Of a stretch of DNA of 64,000 nt, positions 58,559-64,000 are shown in pieces. The notes under the pieces were generated by a model. The model searched no databases, was not told the origin of the DNA, and was given only the letters and a program-made list of their open reading frames with translations. Each line of letters starts with the position of its first letter. Positions within the stretch are counted from its first letter, which is position 1. The DNA is taken from positions 15,725-79,724 of the IMG/VR virus record IMGVR_UViG_3300032313_001582. One strand, written 5' to 3'. Origin of the DNA: a virus. The position numbers and the translations under genes are program-made.

Positions 58559-60688
58559 ATGAAAATATTACAAGTTAAACTGTCTACAATGCCGATACCA
58601 CCGAACGGCTGGGGTGCGGTTGAAAAAATCATCTGGGAGTATACATTGGCTCTGAAAGAAATGGGTCACGAAGTTGATATTGCCTACATCAACGAGGTGA
58701 ATTTAGACGCTTATGACATCATTCATTGTCATGCTTGGAATCATGCTAAGGAATTAGCAGAACGTGGATACAAGCCATTCTATTCGCATCACGACCATCA
58801 TTCTTTTGTTTACGGAAATGAAAGCGAAAACTATGCTTACAATTTAGAAGCGATGAAAATGGCTCAATGTTCGTTTGTTCATGGGGAATTTTTGGTGGAG
58901 TATTTTCAGAATGTGCCAAAATATTTATCTCATGGGGTGAATACTCAATTCTTTTATCCTAAAGGAGTCAGGAATCTCCAAGCACCGCCAAAACTATTGT
59001 GTGTTGGGCACAATGGTCTATTGGGTACTTCGCAAGTATTCGATAGAAAAGGATTTAGTTTCGCGATAAAAAGTGCGAAGTGGTTGGGGTATGAAATCAC
59101 AATCTTGGGGGCAAGCCCGAATAATAAAAAGTATTTCGAAGAAAATCCTGATTTGCTCGAATATGATAAATTGAACATCATCTATGATGCTACTGAACTG
59201 GAATTAAGGGAAGCCTATCACTCTCATGACATTTTAATTCATGCTTCGATGATAGAGGCAGGTCATCCGCCTTTGACACCTTTAGAAGCCATGTCAGTGG
59301 GTTTGCCAGTGATAGGTACTGCCATGGGCTTGGATGTGCCATCAGTAGTGGTAGAAAGAGATGTTGATGAAATTGTAAATGCAATCAATCAAGTATGTGC
59401 AGATTATGCTTCATATAGTGCTTCTGCTATCGCAACTGCTCAAAAATATGATTGGAGTTTGGTGGTAAAAAACCAAATAGTTCCCATGTATGAAAAGTCG
59501 CTAATGCCAAAAGGAATGGGGGATGTGGCTTCAAACATGTATAACAAAACATCAAAAAGAATCACTGAAAATAAAATAAACATTAATTTTATTGATGGAG
59601 CAATTTGCGAAATTGTTGGTAATAAAAAGACTAAATATTTAATTAAATTTTATGATTCAAAAACCAATATTTTGTTGCATGAAAGTAATATTAGCAACTG
59701 CATGTGGACGAAATGCAATCACGCCTATTATGTTGATTACAGAGTCGAGGTTTGGGAAAACGACACATTGGTTCATGAAGAAGCAATAAATTTACAAAAC
59801 CAAAGAGTTTACATTCCTATTGAAAGTAAAGCACTTGGCGACACTTTGGCTTGGATTTCTTACTGCGATGAGTTTAGAAAAAAACATGATTGTAAAGTCA
59901 TCGTTTCTTGCTGGAACAGAGAGATATTTGAGAGTGAATACCCAGAAATAGAGTTTGTAAACCCAGGCGTTGCAGTTCCAAATATTAAGGCTCTTTACAG
60001 GATTGGATGGTATTATAACGAAGATGGTTCTCATAACACCATGCGGAATAAAAACGACTTTAAAAATTATCCGTTACAACAGACTGCGAGCGACATTTTG
60101 GGCATAGATTTTACAGAAATTATGCCTAAATTAGACCCCAATATACCAGCCATGAAATGGGAGAAAAAATATGTTTGTATTGCACCGCACGCATCAGCGA
60201 GCAGTAAGTACTGGCATCACCCAGAAGGCTGGAAAACAATCGTTAAATATCTGATTGAAAAAGGATACGATGTAATCAATATTTCTCAAGAATCTGCAAC
60301 AGATGAATATCATAATTCTAAGTTGCCACAAGGTTCTTTAGATGGAGTAATAAATTTGAATAATGATTATTCATTAAAAGATAGAATTCATCAATTAAAA
60401 GGGGCTGAATTTTTTATTGGTTTAGGCAGTGGTTTATCTTGGCTTGCTTGGGCTTCTAAAATTCCAGTCGTTTTAATAAGCGGTTTTTCTAAAAAATATG
60501 CGGAATTTGATAATTCTTACCGAATTTTGAATGAAAATGTTTGCCACGGATGTTTCAATGAGTTCCGACTTGATGCTGGAAACTGGAATTGGTGTCCTAA
60601 ATGTGAAAATACAGATAGACAATTTGAGTGTACAAAACACATTACACCTGACCAAGTACTACAAATCATCAAACCACTCCTTGAATAA
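58559..60688 (+). CDS. GT4 fused to TibC/AAH-like protein O-heptosyltransferase
   Basis: PPNGWGAVE, LEAMSVG; SKALGDTLAW, FIGLGSGLSWLAW, four-Cys CHGC..WCP..FEC finger. Confidence 0.8.
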   Translation: MKILQVKLSTMPIPPNGWGAVEKIIWEYTLALKEMGHEVDIAYINEVNLDAYDIIHCHAWNHAKELAERGYKPFYSHHDHHSFVYGNESENYAYNLEAMKMAQCSFVHGEFLVEYFQNVPKYLSHGVNTQFFYPKGVRNLQAPPKLLCVGHNGLLGTSQVFDRKGFSFAIKSAKWLGYEITILGASPNNKKYFEENPDLLEYDKLNIIYDATELELREAYHSHDILIHASMIEAGHPPLTPLEAMSVGLPVIGTAMGLDVPSVVVERDVDEIVNAINQVCADYASYSASAIATAQKYDWSLVVKNQIVPMYEKSLMPKGMGDVASNMYNKTSKRITENKININFIDGAICEIVGNKKTKYLIKFYDSKTNILLHESNISNCMWTKCNHAYYVDYRVEVWENDTLVHEEAINLQNQRVYIPIESKALGDTLAWISYCDEFRKKHDCKVIVSCWNREIFESEYPEIEFVNPGVAVPNIKALYRIGWYYNEDGSHNTMRNKNDFKNYPLQQTASDILGIDFTEIMPKLDPNIPAMKWEKKYVCIAPHASASSKYWHHPEGWKTIVKYLIEKGYDVINISQESATDEYHNSKLPQGSLDGVINLNNDYSLKDRIHQLKGAEFFIGLGSGLSWLAWASKIPVVLISGFSKKYAEFDNSYRILNENVCHGCFNEFRLDAGNWNWCPKCENTDRQFECTKHITPDQVLQIIKPLLE

Positions 60689-60697
60689 CATACCGCG

Positions 60698-62902
60698 ATG
60701 GCAAAAGACATCATAATTATACCAAATAAAACAAACGCCAATCCACCCACGATACAATTTCGTGGGTCTTTAGGCGGTTCAATAAATATTGAAGTTCAAA
60801 CCGATGGCACAGTCAAATGGGTTGGGGCTTCTGGGGATTTATTGACAATCTCAGATAGTCTTGCAGGTAACACTCTGGAAACGACTGGAGGGATTTCTGC
60901 TGGTACACTGAAATCTACTGGAATAACCAACAACAATCTAAACGACTATGTTGTAGTCGATACGGCTACTGGTCAATTTTATTATCGGACTTTATCGGCA
61001 GGAACAAACGGGACATCTGGTTCTTCTGGAATTAGCGGTAGTTCTGGAACATCAGGAGTTGGCGGTAGTTCTGGTACTTCTGGTGTTGGGGGTTCTTCGG
61101 GAACATCTGGTATAAATGGTTCTTCTGGCACAAGTGGTGTAAGCGGAGTTTCTGGTAGTTCGGGAACTTCTGGCATTTCGGGAACAGACGGCACAAGTGG
61201 TGTAAGCGGAGTTTCTGGTACGGATGGTACTTCTGGAATTAGCGGTAGTTCTGGAACATCTGGTATCGGTGGTTCATCTGGAACGTCTGGCATAAATGGG
61301 TCTTCTGGTACAAGTGGTGTAAGCGGAGTTTCTGGTACTGATGGAACTTCTGGGATTTCTGGTACGGATGGAACGAGTGGAATTTCTGGCACAGATGGAA
61401 CGTCTGGAACATCTGGATTAGATGGTTCATCTGGTACGTCTGGAATCGGTGGGTCATCTGGAACATCTGGAATCAATGGTTCTTCTGGTACAAGTGGGAT
61501 TTCTGGTACGGATGGAACTTCTGGGATTTCTGGTACGGATGGAACGAGTGGAATTTCTGGTACAGATGGAACGTCTGGAACATCTGGAATAGATGGTACA
61601 TCAGGGACATCTGGAATTAATGGTTCTTCTGGTACAAGTGGAATAAATGGTTCTTCTGGTACAAGTGGAATTTCTGGTACTGATGGTACAAGTGGAATTT
61701 CTGGTACGGATGGTACTTCTGGAATTTCTGGTACAGATGGTACATCTGGAACTTCTGGAATTGGTGGGTCATCTGGAACATCTGGAATAAATGGGTCTTC
61801 TGGTACTTCGGGGATTTCTGGTACGGATGGTACTTCTGGAATTTCTGGTACGGATGGTACTTCTGGAATTTCTGGTACAGATGGTACATCTGGAATTAGC
61901 GGTAGTTCTGGAACATCTGGTATTTCTGGTACATCTGGTACTTCTGGAGGAAGTGGTGCTTTAATTACAGATGCTTGGGATTGGGGAACGCCCGTAATCG
62001 CGACAAAAATATATTCAAGCAATGGAGTACTGGATTCGTCCACAATTCTTTTAAACATCGCTGAGGATTCATTGACGTTGACAAATTATTCTTCTCAATT
62101 TGCAACGATTGGTGTTGGAAGTAGAATTACAACACGAGGTGGTATCGGGGGTTCGAATGTCACAAATTGGGTTGTGACATCTGTGAACGATGCTGGTATC
62201 TATTGGGAATTTGGAGTTACATACCAATCAGGAACACAATGGATTCCAACTGCTGGTGATGATATTATTTGTGAGTTTGCAGTAATACCAAATTCTGGTT
62301 CATCTGGAACGTCTGGAACGTCTGGAACATCTGGAATAGGCGGTTCATCTGGAACGTCTGGTGTTTCTGGTGCTGATGGTTCATCTGGAACATCTGGTAT
62401 TTCTGGTGCTGATGGTTCATCTGGGACAAGCGGAATTTCTGGAACGGATGGTACTTCTGGTACTTCTGGTAGCGGAACATCAGGTACTTCTGGAACATCA
62501 GGTACATCGGCATCTATACCAACAGGTATTGAATATGCTTACTCTATTGTGGTAGGTGTTGTTGGTGGGCTTATCAATGCTATTACGTCAGCAACCGCAC
62601 CAAGTGGTGCTAACTTGGTTGGCGCTCCAGGATGGAATTTCTCAGTGAGTGGTGTAAATATCATCATGAATCACCCTTTGGGTAATACAATTTTCCAAGG
62701 TTTCAGTAAAGGTGTAAATGGTGCAAATACTTTAATCAGACCTTATAGTGGTACAACATCTGCTCAATTTTCTATGTTCGCAAGCAATAGTTATGGCACT
62801 ATGACATTCTTCTCTAATTCAGCCGCGAGTGCTGGTTTTACAAGTTCGGGCACAGATGCAACGGCATTAACAATAACTTTCACATCTACTGTATATTCAT
62901 AA
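60698..62902 (+). CDS. Collagen-like (Gly-X-Y, Ser/Thr-rich) fibre protein
   Basis: About 100 consecutive [12 protein letters not shown] triplets plus a second shorter tract. Confidence 0.8.
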   Translation: MAKDIIIIPNKTNANPPTIQFRGSLGGSINIEVQTDGTVKWVGASGDLLTISDSLAGNTLETTGGISAGTLKSTGITNNNLNDYVVVDTATGQFYYRTLSAGTNGTSGSSGISGSSGTSGVGGSSGTSGVGGSSGTSGINGSSGTSGVSGVSGSSGTSGISGTDGTSGVSGVSGTDGTSGISGSSGTSGIGGSSGTSGINGSSGTSGVSGVSGTDGTSGISGTDGTSGISGTDGTSGTSGLDGSSGTSGIGGSSGTSGINGSSGTSGISGTDGTSGISGTDGTSGISGTDGTSGTSGIDGTSGTSGINGSSGTSGINGSSGTSGISGTDGTSGISGTDGTSGISGTDGTSGTSGIGGSSGTSGINGSSGTSGISGTDGTSGISGTDGTSGISGTDGTSGISGSSGTSGISGTSGTSGGSGALITDAWDWGTPVIATKIYSSNGVLDSSTILLNIAEDSLTLTNYSSQFATIGVGSRITTRGGIGGSNVTNWVVTSVNDAGIYWEFGVTYQSGTQWIPTAGDDIICEFAVIPNSGSSGTSGTSGTSGIGGSSGTSGVSGADGSSGTSGISGADGSSGTSGISGTDGTSGTSGSGTSGTSGTSGTSASIPTGIEYAYSIVVGVVGGLINAITSATAPSGANLVGAPGWNFSVSGVNIIMNHPLGNTIFQGFSKGVNGANTLIRPYSGTTSAQFSMFASNSYGTMTFFSNSAASAGFTSSGTDATALTITFTSTVYS
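61000..61955 (+). repeat. Coding 9-bp triplet repeat (Gly-X-Y)
   Basis: Directly visible; further tracts at about 62293-62510 and 63775-64000. Confidence 0.9.
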
Positions 62903-62903
62903 A

Positions 62904-64000
62904 ATGGCTAATCTTATATTACCACCAAAAAATATTGTTGCAAGTATAGACTTCGGTTCTACATCTGTAAATTCTACATATAACAATGTTGCATCAGTCT
63001 GGGATGGTTATCCATTTTCGTTTCAAGTTACCATAACCATAACCCCCCAAACAAACTCATCAGAAGATACCACCCCAACTCCATATCAGTGGAATGGGGA
63101 TGACATTGTGGTAGGGATGTGGTTAGGTCAGACTAATGGAAATACTTATCAAATAACTTCTATTATATCACAAAGTACTACTCAAGTAGTTTGTATTATT
63201 GAAGATACAGATTTGTATTGTTTATTAGTTGATAATACGAGTTCTGGAAACAATTATCCAATCGAAGACCAAAATGGATTAATTTTTGAAATTAGTGAGG
63301 ACGGAATGCCAGTGGTTACTCCAGTGGCACAAATTATAGGTCAAATAGGCGTTTTAGCACAATGGTTAGATGACTTACATGACAGATTTAGGTATCGTAA
63401 TTACTTAACTAAATTTTTCTCCTTAGACCCTAATTCAACAATTTATGCAAGTTTCAATATTGGTGATTTTGTTAAATTATTAAGCACTGGGGATTTTCAA
63501 GTAGTAACAGGTAATACTCAGTCCGATATTGAAAGCATTATTGGTATAGTAACTTCAGTTAATACACCAACTCAAGGTAATTTAAGAATACGTCCTTTAG
63601 GAAAAGTTGTTTATGATGTCAATCTAACTGGAATTGGTGCAGTTGGTGATGTTATCTACTTAGACTCTTCTGGTGGCTTGACTGCAACTCAACCTACTGC
63701 TCCTTATTTTGCAGTTTACATCAAGATGTCAAACACTTCTGCCGTGTTGCTTCCAAGGGTTGCAACTGGTGGAGGAGGTGGTTCTGGTAGTTCTGGAACA
63801 TCTGGTATTTCTGGTACATCTGGTACTTCTGGTGTTTCTGGCACAGATGGAACATCTGGCACATCTGGTGAATCTGGAACTTCGGGCGTAAGCGGTACAG
63901 ATGGCACATCGGGAACTTCTGGTGAAAGCGGAACTTCGGGTATTTCTGGTACAGATGGTACATCGGGAACTTCTGGCGAATCTGGAACATCGGGCGTAAG
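62904..64000 (+). CDS. Second collagen-like fibre protein (3'-partial), absent from the ORF track
   Basis: ATG at 62904 ([10 protein letters not shown]...); beta-rich N-domain then G-T-S repeats running off the window end. Confidence 0.75.
   Translation, partial: MANLILPPKNIVASIDFGSTSVNSTYNNVASVWDGYPFSFQVTITITPQTNSSEDTTPTPYQWNGDDIVVGMWLGQTNGNTYQITSIISQSTTQVVCIIEDTDLYCLLVDNTSSGNNYPIEDQNGLIFEISEDGMPVVTPVAQIIGQIGVLAQWLDDLHDRFRYRNYLTKFFSLDPNSTIYASFNIGDFVKLLSTGDFQVVTGNTQSDIESIIGIVTSVNTPTQGNLRIRPLGKVVYDVNLTGIGAVGDVIYLDSSGGLTATQPTAPYFAVYIKMSNTSAVLLPRVATGGGGGSGSSGTSGISGTSGTSGVSGTDGTSGTSGESGTSGVSGTDGTSGTSGESGTSGISGTDGTSGTSGESGTSGV

Noticed and set aside
60982-62058. 358-aa Pro-rich minus-strand ORF and nested short ORFs
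   Set aside because: Antisense shadow of the Gly-X-Y repeat
1-64000. tRNA/rRNA genes, integrase or transposase, stop-codon reassignment
   Set aside because: None recognised by eye; standard-code ORFs tile the window with TAA, TAG and TGA all used as stops. tRNAscan/Infernal were not run

Overview
This is a gene-dense, AT-rich viral genome fragment with almost every gene on the + strand and many TAATG/ATGA stop-start overlaps. TAnnTTTG promoter motifs and A-rich, SD-less starts suggest a Bacteroidota host. No terminase, portal, HK97 capsid or tail genes are recognisable in the window. The 42-55 kb block instead carries an FtsK/HerA-type (A32/PRD1-P9-like) packaging ATPase, a beta-rich candidate jelly-roll major capsid protein with a strong terminator, and about 20 single-TM membrane proteins. 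That is the layout of a tailless internal-membrane virus, but on an unusually large genome (>64 kb). The most striking system is at 10.6-36.9 kb: six polyvalent proteins whose domains (ART-PolyVal-like, GNAT, PRTase, zeta-toxin-like kinase, KOW/SH3-like and many unknown modules) are separated by roughly 50+ copies of a [FYML]-x-x-G-G linker. A small Cys-His-Asp papain/transglutaminase-like enzyme is encoded among them, together with a MoxR AAA+ ATPase module. My inference is a set of protease-processed, recombination-shuffled effector polyproteins. The flanks hold a glycosyl/methyltransferase cluster (0-9.7 kb), a lysis cassette (38-39.6 kb), and TibC/AAH-like glycosyltransferases beside Ser/Thr-rich collagen-like fibres (56.5-64 kb). 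All family assignments come from motif recognition by eye; no searches were run.
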